Part shown: piece after piece, positions 37,271 to 49,529 of the stretch | Numbering within the stretch: position 1 is the stretch's first letter | Layout of the letters: each line of letters begins with the position of its first letter | NCBI GenBank assembly: GCA_030324005.1 | Contig: JARDVH010000059.1 | Location: forward strand, 65,704,132-65,768,131 | Direction of reading: 5' to 3' | DNA length: 64,000 bases | From: Negaprion brevirostris | Lineage: Eukaryota | Position numbers and translations under genes: made by a program | The notes under the pieces: generated by a model | The model's input: the letters and a program-made list of their open reading frames with translations, nothing else | Told to the model about the DNA's origin: nothing | The model's database searches: none

Positions 37271-37993
37271 CACCATAGCTTACAGATCCAATCTTTCTTT
37301 CTTCCTTGCACTCCTTCTTTCTTTCCTTTTGATTACTAAGAAATCCAAAGTGTAATATCCTCCAATTTCCTATATGGCGGTGTTACTCATCAGAAATGCC
37401 TAACGAAAAACTGACTCACNNNNNNNNNNNNNNNNNNNNNNNNNNNNNNNNNNNNNNNNNNNNNNNNNNNNNNNNNNNNNNNNNNNNNNNNNNNNNNNNN
37501 NNNNNNNNNNNNNNNNNNNCAAAGTGCTCACATACCTTCAAGTCTAACACCTGGCCTGGTTCATTACCCAGACCAAATCTGCATGGTTTGTTGGTTCAAT
37601 GTGCATTGGGTTTCTATTTTGGATTTTTTTTGAAAATTTAGCTGCAGACATGATCCCCACCCACTCATTTTTGGAAATTAGGCTTCAGCCCAGGACCTCT
37701 GACAATGTACATGCCCTTTATAGTGTACTTAAGTTTTAATCCAGATTGTATACCCATTCTTGAAAAGATGACTGATCCAACAGCAAAAATGACCAACAAC
37801 CTTTGAACATATAAACTCAGCTATTATGCTTCCCGTGTAAAATAATTTAGAGACACTTAGGCCCAGTTTTTTGCCAAATGGGAGCTTCAGTATCTGGACT
37901 TGCATCTTAAAGATAGCCAGTTGAGCTAGTTACCAAATTTATATTATTCTGTGTGTTTAGTACTAATATGCCTTTGTGTATAAATGTTCTTAA

Positions 37994-38167
<174 letters not shown>

Positions 38168-38250
38168 TAAATACTACTAAATATCAGGATACTGCAAACT
38201 GTATGCAATGTTGTTTTGTGAGTATGTGACAGTAATATTTGTGTTTTCAG

Positions 38251-38421
38251 GCTGGACCTGAAGATTTACAAAACTTTGACCCAGAATTCACGGAAGAACA
38301 GGTTCCTCAATCTATTTGTCGATCTCCTGACCGCTCAATAGTTAATGCTAGTGTTTTAGAAGCTGATGATGCATTTATTGGCTTTTCTTATGCCCCACCA
38401 ATTGAAGATTCATTCTTATAA
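38251..38421 (+). CDS. SGK3: SGK3 last coding exon (hydrophobic motif, stop)
   Basis: ttcAG|GCTGGA...TTCTTATAA; [56 protein letters not shown]; FIGFSY is the mTORC2 hydrophobic motif. Confidence 0.97.
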   Translation, partial: AGPEDLQNFDPEFTEEQVPQSICRSPDRSIVNASVLEADDAFIGFSYAPPIEDSFL

Positions 38422-40060
38422 AGGACACTCTCACTGAATGTTTCTATAGGAAAAGAAGACTACTTAGCAGGAAATGAAAGCACCATTCACCTTCAAGGTA
38501 TCTACATATGGGCTTTTGAATTTGTTCAACTATTGAATGCTTGAAATAAAACTTACACCCTAAAAATACTATAAAGAAATTGTAAATTCCTTGTGCAACT
38601 TACAAATGATCCAAATATTTAATTGCTTCACTGTAAGTCTGAAGATTCCAAAGTGATGCATTTTTAAGGAGAGCCTACTTGTTATGTAAGATTTTTTTCT
38701 GCTGAAATTTTGATGACATACTCCATATATAAAATTTAAATATTGTGAACACTGCTTACCAATTTTGGATAATTAAGTTTGGATATATATGCTGTGTGAT
38801 ATTTCTTTAAGAATTAATAATGTATTGTGGTCCAAAAAGAAAGTTGAGATCACATGTCACAACATGGTAAATTGATTATGGTATTTTACATATTTTGACC
38901 TCACTGCCATCTTATGTTGATGTAACATATCAAGATCATCTATTGGTTTTGGTTATAACTTCAATTCTTTACTGGAAGATTCAATTAAATTGTCACTGTG
39001 TATAAAATTGCATATATGATATAGACATTACTTGAATAATGGAGGGAGAGTTGTGGCCACTCAGGTGAGAGATGTGAAGATTTGTTTGAGTTATTTAAAA
39101 TGTTCTGGCCACCAGTTATTAATCATGCCTGTTTGTTTGAGATTCGTACTGGAAATGTACAAATTAACAAACTAGTTGAATTAGATGGAACTTTTATAAT
39201 TGCATAAGTGTATTTAACTCCATGCCATGTTCTGGAGATGGATATATATTGATGACAAAAATTGATGGCACATGTTCAGAAAAAAATACATATATATATA
39301 TTCTAACTGATAACTTGAATTTTAATGACTTTTTTGTTTAGCTTGCTTTAGTGTTCTGCTTAAAACAAAAAAAGCAAGGATTCAAGAATAACCGTAATGA
39401 AAAGGTTGGTTCAAAATCCAAGCAAGTACTTCTGCCCCTTTACTCCAATGGTACCATGTGTTGATATATGCCTACACTGTTTTGGACTGGTAGGACAGAT
39501 GTTTTCACTTACGTGGTGAATTATTTCTGTTGCCAGATTATGAGAAATCAAGCAGATGTGACAGCAGGTCCTTCTTTTGGGATAAGGAATAACATTTACA
39601 TGGGAAATGTCATCCAGCTGCTTCCCATATCCATTAATGTCAAATAATGCATCCTGCCTGCCCTGTCAACTGTGGAATGATGCATAATAGTATGAAATAT
39701 AAACAACAATTTTTATTTTAAAATATGTTCAATATATGTAATCTTCCTTTTATCCATTTTCTTTTATGTGGACCACAGTTTAAAATTGTAATTCAAAGTC
39801 TTTTGTAAGAGACAGTAGTCTCTAATATATCTGAAGGTCGCACAGGAAAACTTTTTGACAAGACATTCAGATAATTTATGGTAATTGGAACACCTTTTCA
39901 TTTGCTTGTTTTGTCTAAGGGATTTTCATTTATTCTGTGTACATCAAAGCCCAAAACCAAAACTGAAGGGAGAATCTTGGAAAATTCAGTTCCATTTATA
40001 ATCTTTTTATCAGAGAAAAGATGAGTTTCAATTTGGATATAGTATGCTGTCAAAATGTTT
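38422..40060 (+). other. SGK3: Probable SGK3 3' UTR (end uncertain)
   Basis: AT-rich stretch without recognisable TEs after the stop; AATAAA at ~38545 and ATTAAA at ~38984 are candidate poly(A) signals. Confidence 0.5.
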
Positions 40061-40480
40061 CTCAACAACAGTTTACATTTATATAGTATCTTTTATGTAA
40101 TTAAATGTCCCAAGGTTCTTTCCAAAGCACATTAAACAAAATTTAGCACTGAATCACATGAGATACTCAGCCTGATGATTAAAAGCTTGTTTAACAGGGT
40201 AGATTTCAGATGAGTCCTGAAGGAGGAAAGTAATGGGGAGAGGTTTAGCGAGAAAACTCTAGTGATTTAGGACCTTGGCAGCTAAAGACATGGCTACCAT
40301 GCAATGGTTAACACTGGGAATGCACAAGAGGCCAGAATGGTGGGAAAACAGAAACCCTAAAGATTGTGTGGCTGAAGGAGGTTACAAAAATAAGGAGACA
40401 CAAAACTATGGACGGTTTGAAAACAAAGAATTTTCAAATTGTATTTCTGAACTGGAAACCATTGTAGATCATCTAGACCA

Positions 40481-40756
40481 GACAGTGGCACAGTGGTTAG
40501 CATTGCTGCCTCACAGCGCTGGGATCCAGGTTCAGTTCTGGCCTCAGGTCAATGTCTGTGTTGAGTATGCACGTTCTCCATGTGTCTGTGTGAGATTCCT
40601 TCCACACTCCAAATATGTGTGGGTTAGGTTGGCCATGCTTAATTGCCCCTTAGTTGTCAGGAGGACAAGCAGTGTAAATAGTTACAGACATAGAGCCTGG
40701 GTGGGATTGTTGTTGGCGCAGACTCTATGGGCTGAGTGGCCTACTTCTGCCCTTTG
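40481..40756 (+). mobile_element. HE1-like tRNA V-SINE
   Basis: gtggcacagtggttagcattgctgcctcacagcgc...ttggccatgcttaattgccccttag. Confidence 0.85.
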
Positions 40757-41039
40757 TGAAAATAGGGTCAAGGGATCAGGAATTAGGTGTGGTGGATAAG
40801 ATGAACTTGGAGAGAATATGACTGATGGAAGAGAAAAATGCAAAAAGAATTAGAGCTCAGGCAGGAGCAAGGGGAAATCTTAGAGATTTGACCCAGCAGG
40901 ACTGGGGAAAGGATATGTCAGCTGACTAGATGGTCTCAATTTTAATGAAAAGTCCATGAACACGCACAAATTGGGGTTGAGGATTCAGAAAAGAAGCCAA
41001 GGGTTATTTTTGCATTTCTGGATGAAAGATTAGAAGTGG

Positions 41040-41850
41040 ATTCTTTTGCTAATGATTGCATTATGTTCAATTTCATTTGGAACTCCTCAGATGATGATGC
41101 AGTCTGTGTCCCTGTGGAACAAGACAGGGTAGCATTTGGTTTTGGCATAAGTGGCGACTAATGTTCATGCTGCACAAGTACAACGCAATTACCAGCAAGA
41201 GCAAATCTAATCACCTCCTTTTTACATTCAATGGCATTAACATTGCCAAAATCCTTCACCATCAACATCCTAGGTCAACAGAAACCTAACCAACAAGCCA
41301 TATAAATACTCTGATACTGGAGCAGATCAGAGGCTGCATATTTTGCACTGAGTAACTCGCCTCTGACCACCATCTACAAGGCACAAGTCAAGAGTGTTTT
41401 GGAATAATCTCTTCTTTCTTGCAGCTTTGTGACAACATTCAGGACAAAACAACTGGCTTTATTGATACTCCATCCACTACTTTAAACATTCACTCCTTTC
41501 ACCATTAGCTCAAGGTGGCAGCAGTGTTTACCATCTACAAGATGCACTGCAGCAACTCATCAAACCTCCCTTGTTGGTTTGCATCTTCCAAACCTCCGAT
41601 GCGTACCACCTAGAAGGACCTGCAGGTTCCCTTCCAAGCCACACAATATCCTGGTTTTGAACTATATTATCATTCTTTCATTGTCATTGTGTCAAAATTC
41701 TAGAACACTATTCTTAACTACACTGGTTGTACCAACATCAGATGGATTGCAGCAGTTGAAGAAAACAGTTCACCACCACCTTCTTGAGGGCAATTAGGGA
41801 CAGACAATAAATGCTGGCCTTGCAAGCGATGCTCACATCCATGCAAGGAA
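41040..41850 (+). mobile_element. CR1/L2-group LINE 3' fragment (second family)
   Basis: tttgctaatgattgca (FADDC-like), ccatctacaaggcacaagtca, and the aataaatgctggccttgc tail. Confidence 0.7.
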
Positions 41851-43649
41851 AAACTGTTTTTGTTCCTGCAGCTGACTCTTAAGATTTAGATTGATTTTCT
41901 GACAAACAGTAATAGTTCCAAATAAGTTAAGTAACAAAATACATTTATCAAATAAAACATCAGTGTTTCAAATATTACTTTCCTGTATAGTTAGATTTAT
42001 GATACCTCACCATAACTGCATATACTTTGTTTATAAACATCCTACTAACACAGCTATAACTTAACCAATCTTTCTTTGAATCTATCTGTGAAATTGAGAT
42101 CTGAACAAGAGGATAAATCCCCATTTGGTATCTAAGAAACCTTTTTAAAATTTACATAAATGTAAAGAGTGTTGTGGGAGTTAATTACAAGAACTGTATG
42201 TGATAGGTTTAACTGTAGAAGTCACTTCACATTCTTCTCCAGGCAAATTTTGGGTATTGCTGAAAGAATTAATTTCAGATCTTTTATATAACATGTCCTG
42301 TAGCTATCCACGCTCTGAACTTAAGCATGTTCCAATACTCTTTGTCTTTCTGTATATTTTGCTGAACTTCCTCTCTGAAGTGAGTCAGTGAATGCAAAGT
42401 AAAACTCCTCCAGCTTTTCCACCAAGGCTTGCAAGCTGCATCATTATTAGCATAAAAAGTTTTAAGATTTTAAAACATTTTCAATGAAAGGATGATTGCA
42501 AGCCTTCTCAAAATCTTTCTTGACCAAATATAATGTGGGGAAATCTGGCAGCTAATTTGTACTCCAGATGATTTCATAAACTGTAATAATAAAAAAATCC
42601 AATGTTGGTTGAGGAATAAATATTGGTTAGCTGAACAGAGTTCCCTTCCTCTGGCCCTTAGTGCAGTGGAAACTTTAACATGCATCTGGAAGTGGAGCCT
42701 CAGTTTAACATCTCATCCAAAATCAGGATGGCAACATTTGCATGCATGATGCTAATGTTAATTAGGTTATGGAGAATGAGGGGACTTGTATAAGATATTA
42801 GATTTCAGGGGATTGTTCTATTTAGCAAGTCTTTGGAATACATTGCCACCAGCTCATCCAGTGAATGTGGATTTACTACAGGTGTTCAAAAACCACTGTT
42901 ATTGCCTCTTTATTGCTAGTTTCAAAATTCCAGCTTTGATGCTGCATTCCTGTAAACCATGGTTACAAAGTTAAATTATGATCCCAATGCTGAAACAATA
43001 ATGTAAAATAACCAAATTTACTGTGACTTCCAAAAGAAAGAATTACTAATAAGATTCCACTGGTTGAAGTTTTTACTTTAACATGACCCAGAATTGATGT
43101 CAATTAAACATGAATTATATTTGAAAAAACTAAATTTACTTTAAATAGTTAGTATGAGAAAGATGTCTTCCACAAGCATTCCCCTTGAACATGTATGCAT
43201 TGCACAGTTTCAAAATGCACTAATTTATATTCGCACAGGGTAGGTCAGGAGTCAAATCAACAACTGCTTTCTCTTGAGTTTCACAGGTTTGATTATCTTC
43301 AGTGAACCTTCTCCCAACTGGGTCATGACAGTCCTGACTGACCAACCAGTAACATCACAATTTGCGATTTGGTCATTTCTGGGAAAAGATCCAGTTCTTT
43401 AGGTCTGGTTCTTTAAAGCTATATGCATAGCTTTCAAGAGCCTTCACAACTTGCCTCTAAAAGCTTCTGTCTCTTTTTTACCAAACAGAAAAATGGACCT
43501 CTTCCTGAGTGATTTGCTTTTCCTCACAAGAACTGTCTCTCTGAGTCTGCATCTGAGCCTTCACCTTCCAGCTCCTCTGCTTGTAGCTCTCCTTTGTGTC
43601 TGCAGTTCTCACTTCTGTTTGCCTGCCAAAAAACTTTGTTCTTTCTGAA

Positions 43650-45085
43650 GAACATGCCAAAAATTGATGACAAGAATGCTATGGCAGGTGTGGACCTAGA
43701 AACTATCATTATCACAAAAGAGGTAATGTTGGGCAAGCTAATGGGGCTAAAGGTAGACAAGTCTCCTGGTCCTCATGGAATGCATCCCAGAGTATTAAAA
43801 GAGATGGCGGGTGAAATAGCAAATGCACTAGTGGTAATTTACCAAAATTCGCTGGACTCTGGAGTGGTTCCCGCAGATTGGAAAACAGCAATGTGACACC
43901 ACTGTTTAAAANNNNNNNNNNNNNNNNNNNNNNNNNNNNNNNNNNNNNNNNNNNNNNNNNNNNNNNNNNNNNNNNNNNNNNNNNNNNNNNNNNNNNNNNN
44001 NNNNNNNNNNNACAGGCTGGTTAGCGTAACTTCTAGAGAAGGGAAAATGCATAGATCTATCATCAAGGAAGAAATAGCAAGACATCTGGATATAAATTGT
44101 CCCATTGGGAAGATACAGCATGGGTTCATGAAGGGCAGGCTAGGCTATGTTTGACTAACTTGGTGGAATTCTTTTGAGAACATGACGTCCATGGTGGATA
44201 ATGGGGAACCTGTGGATGTGGTATATTTGGATATAGACAATTTAAGTGAGCGGGCAAGGATCTGGCAGATGGAGTACAATGTTGGTAAATGTAGATCATC
44301 CATTTTGGTAGGAATAACAGCAAAATGAACTATTATTGAAATGGTAAAAAATTGCAGCATGCCGCTGTACAGAGGGACTGGGTATCCTTTTGCATGAATC
44401 ACAAAGTTGGTTTGCAAGTGCAGCAGGTAATTAAGAAGGCAAATGGAATGTTGTGCTTCATTGCTAGAGGGATGGAATTTAAAAACAGCGAGGTTATGTT
44501 GTAGCTATATAAAGGTGCTGTGAGGCCACACCTAGAGAACTGTGTACAGTTTTGGTCTCTACTTGAGAAAGGATACACTGGCATTGAAGGAATACAGAGG
44601 AGATTCACGAGGTTGATTCTGGAGTTGAGAGGGTTGGCTTATGAGGAGAGACTGAGTCGACTGGGGCTATACTCATTAGAATTCAGAAGAATGAGGGGAG
44701 ATCTTATAGAAACATATAAGATAATGACGGGAATAGATAAGATAGAAGCAGGGAAGTTGTTTCCGCTGGCAGTTGAAATTAGAATTAAGGGACAGGGCCT
44801 CAAACTAAGGGGGAGCAGATTTAAGACTGAGTTGAGGAGGAACTTCTTCACACAGAGTATTGTGAACTTGTAGAATTCCCTGCCTGATGAAGCTGTTGAG
44901 GCTACCTCATTGAATGTTTTTGAGGCAAGGATAAATAAAATTTTGAACAGTAAAGGAATTGAGGGTTATGGTGAGTGGGTGGATAAGTGGAGCCGAGTCC
45001 ACAAAAAGATCACATAATCTTATTGGATGGCGAAGCAGGCTCGAAAGGTCAGATGACCTATTCCTGCTCCTGGTTCTTATGTTTT
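43650..45085 (+). mobile_element. CR1/HER1-type LINE ORF2 3' half, internally deleted
   Basis: LKVDKSPGPHGMHPRVLKE..VPADWKTA; RPHLENCVQFWS; LEFRRMRGDLIETYKI; 3' tail. Confidence 0.92.
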
Positions 45086-46028
45086 AACTTCCTTTCTGTT
45101 GATACTGCTTCCATTATCAAGCACTGCCAGATCGCATAGACCAGTAATTCTTATTCAAGAATATTACGCTTTGATACAAACTCTTACAAGTTCTTTTCAA
45201 TTATTCTTAAAACAATCCTGGTTTCCAGAGACTTTTTAATGAAATTACAAATTTTCCTTTACAGTTTCCAGTCGCAATATTTTCAGTTTTTCCCCAAAGA
45301 AACTTTACAGGGTGATTTTTACTGTCTCGCCCACCATAGGAATCAGAGTGGATGAGGAGCAGACCATGGAAAAGTCTGACTGTGGGGTAAGATTTTCCAG
45401 TTTCGGGGCAAGCGAGGTCGGAAAACCCCACCTTGTGTTTCTGACAAGCTGCCCCTATTTTTTACCAAATTCATGAACAACATCTCGGACACTCCCAATT
45501 GAATTAGTTCATCTATTTTGGCCTCATTTCTTTGTGCACAAATGTGAATCTTATATTCAAACAACCATATCACCAGTTTATTTTTCAGCCCAAGAAACTA
45601 AGTATCAGATATCTTTTTATCTGGCAGTATCTGTGGTGAGAGAAACAGAATAAACATTGCAGGTTGTAATCTTTTCATCAGATGGTTCTGATGAAAGATC
45701 ACAACCTGAAATACTGGGGAGAATTTTTTCACCCCTGGTTTTGGGAGCAGGAATGCAGGTGGGGTCAGAGAATCCCGCAGGAGACCCAAAATGGCTTATG
45801 CTGGCAGAATTTCCCTATTCTATTGTCCTGTCCTCCTGTCAATGATGTAACAGGGATCACAACTTCAAAAGTCAGGATATCCATTTGTATTAATTTAAAT
45901 CTCACTGGGCATTTATACCTGATCTCCCCCCCAAGTTCGACTCTCTTAACATCTGCTTGAGGGCATTTTGATGTGAATCAGGACAAGTTCTCCATGACAT
46001 GCACCTGGTGAACATAACCCACCAGAAG

Positions 46029-46637
46029 NNNNNNNNNNNNNNNNNNNNNNNNNNNNNNNNNNNNNNNNNNNNNNNNNNNNNNNNNNNNNNNNNNNNNNNN
46101 NNNNNNNNNNNNNNNNNNNNNNNNNNNNNNNNNNNNNNNNNNNNNNNNNNNNNNNNNNNNNNNNNNNNNNNNNNNNNNNNNNNNNNNNNNNNNNNNNNNN
46201 NNNNNNNNNNNNNNNNNNNNNNNNNNNNNNNNNNNNNNNNNNNNNNNNNNNNNNNNNNNNNNNNNNNNNNNNNNNNNNNNNNNNNNNNNNNNNNNNNNNN
46301 NNNNNNNNNNNNNNNNNNNNNNNNNNNNNNNNNNNNNNNNNNNNNNNNNNNNNNNNNNNNNNNNNNNNNNNNNNNNNNNNNNNNNNNNNNNNNNNNNNNN
46401 NNNNNNNNNNNNNNNNNNNNNNNNNNNNNNNNNNNNNNNNNNNNNNNNNNNNNNNNNNNNNNNNNNNNNNNNNNNNNNNNNNNNNNNNNNNNNNNNNNNN
46501 NNNNNNNNNNNNNNNNNNNNNNNNNNNNNNNNNNNNNNNNNNNNNNNNNNNNNNNNNNNNNNNNNNNNNNNNNNNNNNNNNNNNNNNNNNNNNNNNNNNN
46601 NNNNNNNNNNNNNNNNNNNNNNNNNNNNNNNNNNNNN
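46029..46637. other. Large scaffold gap (N run); many ~100-N gaps elsewhere
   Basis: Ns in sequence; most gaps fall inside repeats. Confidence 0.99.
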
Positions 46638-46932
46638 TTGTCTGCATCTTTAAGACTTGAATAGCAGGTTAGCTGTAAAGACTTGCATTCTAATCAGTAT
46701 TCTGTAAACTGTGTATGCCTTTATATGCCGTCCTCTGATCAGAACCTTACACACACCTGACGAAGAAACGGTGTTTCCAAAAGCTTGTGGGTTTACTATC
46801 AAATAAACTGGTTGGACTTCAACCTGGTGTTGTGAGACTTCTTACTGTCTCCATAGATGCTGCCAGATCTAGTATTTCCAAACCTTTCTATTTTTATTTC
46901 AGATTTCCAACATCCATAATATTTTGCTTTTG
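46638..46932 (+). mobile_element. Two adjacent Penelope-like tail fragments
   Basis: CTGACGAAGAAAC(GGT)GTTTC-CAAAAGCTT degenerate hammerhead, then the caaataaac tail, then the gatgctgccagat...atttcagatttcca tail. Confidence 0.55.
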
Positions 46933-48338
46933 GATTAGCATTGTATAGTTTCTGCTGGCACATCTTCTCCAGTGCCTTCTCCGTCACTATCTTTCTTCTA
47001 ATATACATGTTTCCGTTTATCAGCATATACATCAGAAAAATCTGACTCAGCCCTCTACCTGAAACCAATCTTCTTTCCTTGATAACTGTCACTGCCCAAA
47101 AAGTCTTATTTCTGCCCATTTAGTGATGTTAGCCAAAGAAAATGGTATGATTTATGTTAATCAAAATTCCCTTGCACATATTAAAGCAATTTGTACAAGC
47201 ATACAAACACCATTCTTTAAACCAATAAATCACCATCAAGGCAGCCCAGTGATCAGCTCTCACGTGACATTTGACTCTTATTTGCAGTGCTGGCCCTGCT
47301 GTTTTCCTATATTGTGTTTTTATCCTTTTATGGGATGTGGATATCACAGGGCCAGAATTTGTTGCCCATCCCTAATTGCCCAGTGGCTTGCCATTTCAGA
47401 AGGCAATTTAAAAAAAAATCAACCACATTGCTGATCTAGCAATCCAGGGCCGACTAGGTAAACGTGACACATTCCCTTTCCTAACGGGAACTAGATGGGG
47501 TTTTACAACAGCTGCTGATTGTTTCATTTGCTGAGGCTAGCTTTCAATTCCTGCTTTGGCAGTCAGTAACTGATCTGCTGCAAAATTTAATAATCTCTTT
47601 TCCAAAGTTAAGTACTGGTATTTCCTTGACTTTGTTTTCTTCTGAACTTTTGACACTGTTGCCTCCTTGCCAAAAAGTGGTAACAGATGAATTCCAAGAG
47701 ATCACAATCACTAACCAATACTCCACCTACAGTCTGTATAAACGGTGATGTCCTCCAAGGAGTCATCTTGCTCATTTGTGTTTGGAAAATGTCCCTNNNN
47801 NNNNNNNNNNNNNGATGAAGGAGCTCTCTGAAAGTTAATGCTATCAAATAAACCTGTTGGACTTTAACCTGGTGTTGTGAGATTTCTCTGTTTGGAAATG
47901 TTAACATTGTTAATTGAAACAACAAAATAAGCAGGAATTATGTGAGGCTTTCAAAAACAGGTCTTTGGTTACATAAACAACTGATAAGAAAAGAAGCAAA
48001 TGCTATACGACCAAGTGGTAAAAGAAAACTGAGACAGAAGTGATGTAAAGCCTTGAGAGGGTCTCCGCCCAGATGAAATGTGGCCTATGCAGTCTAATGG
48101 TTTATGAAACAATTGGGGAGATGGGGACACTATGATAAAATCACTGGCAATCCAAAGGTCCTGATGATATGGGTTCAAATCACAGTTGATGGAATTAAAT
48201 TTTGCAGCAGATCAGCCTGTTCAATGTTACTGACTGCCAAAGCAGAATGATTCATCTTTGGTCATGAATCTCAGACTAACAGTGATCTTGGATTTGACAA
48301 CTGTGTGTTTTTGCTCAAGAAATCAATGCAGTTACTCC

Positions 48339-48540
48339 GGTTTGGGCAAGTTGTAATATTGTCCATGGGCCACGCGCCCAGATGTCCCTTCCACGGAATG
48401 GGGAGAGGCGAGGCTGCTACGCCTGCGCCGTGGCCGCGCGTGCGGGCGCTCACAGGTGTTGGGAGGAATCCGGTTAATGGCGGCGGTGCAGCTTGTTTCT
48501 GGTAAATTCTACAGGCTGAGGTTAACGTCGTTGTGTTAAA
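48339..48540 (+). promoter_or_regulatory. MCMDC2: CpG-rich promoter/5' region of MCMDC2
   Basis: Only dense CpG cluster in an otherwise CpG-depleted window (cacgcgcc, gcgccgtggccgcgcgtgcgggcgc, ggcggcgg), immediately upstream of an ATG in strong Kozak context (aaaATGG). Confidence 0.75.
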
Positions 48541-48640
48541 ATGGCAGCTGAGGATCTGGCTTTGAAGGAGATGGTCCTAGTTTACTTGGACAGGAGTGGA
48601 GGGCTGCAAAAACTTATCGACGACTGCATTCACTATAATG
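48541..48640 (+). CDS. MCMDC2: MCMDC2 first coding exon
   Basis: MAAEDLALKEMVLVYLDRSGGLQKLIDDCIHYN(D)|GTaatt; matches the MCMDC2 N-terminus (YLDRSGGLQKxIDDC). Confidence 0.93.
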
Positions 48641-49529
48641 GTAATTTTTTAAAGGAGCAATATCTCTAATTATTTGTCCAGAATTGTGTGTCTGGAGTGG
48701 TATTTATTTATATCGTGAGAAATAGCAATAGAGCGAAAGACCCTGAAGTCATTGCAGTGTTTTCCCAGCATAGATCTTCGTGTGTAAACATTGCTTACAA
48801 TTCGTTTGTTGTCCAAATATTGATCACTTAGGATATCAAATACATAAAGGATATCGACTGCATACATATCAATATTTACATGAGCATATATTTACAAAAA
48901 AAAACTGAATGAAGTGGGGAAATCTGTTTTCAGTGGCCAGATTACTTCAGAAATACTAAAAAGTAAATTTTTTTTTTGCAAAGGTAAATGAAACCCAGAT
49001 TTAAAGCGTAATAAAATTACTTCCATGACTAGTTTTGTTATAAAACATGCAAACAATACAAAGAACAAGAGACATACGATACTTCGGCCGAAGGGGGATC
49101 TGGTGATGCAACAGCACCTCGAGTTTTCTCCGCACATCTCGACTTTCATGCCAGAAGCTTGGACAGTTATACAATTTGGTTATCTTAGATACAGCCCAGC
49201 AATTAACTTAACATGATCTCATTTAATATTTAACTTGTCAATCATGACACATTCTCAAATCGAATTACAACCTGACACCTTAAATAATGATTTGTCCATT
49301 CAACTATTGGAAATATACTAAATAAAAATGGCTTCCTTGTTGCTTAGCTAACAAAACTGTACTTTCAACTTATTCAGCGTTTTGCAAGGAGGTTAGAACC
49401 AGTTTTCTGCTGGATGTGGGCCCATAAATCTGGCAGAATTCTCAACTAAACTTCTTGTTCTCGAATAGAAATGTACGTAATTTGTTCTTTTAAACAATGG
49501 ATGGCTTCATACTGCACCATGTTAGCGAG

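Noticed and set aside
40275-40799. 174-aa ORF
   Set aside because: Reads through an HE1 SINE (VAQWLALLPHSA) and an L2-like fragment; repeat-derived
45946-46664. 221-233 aa ORFs
   Set aside because: Made of Ns from the gap
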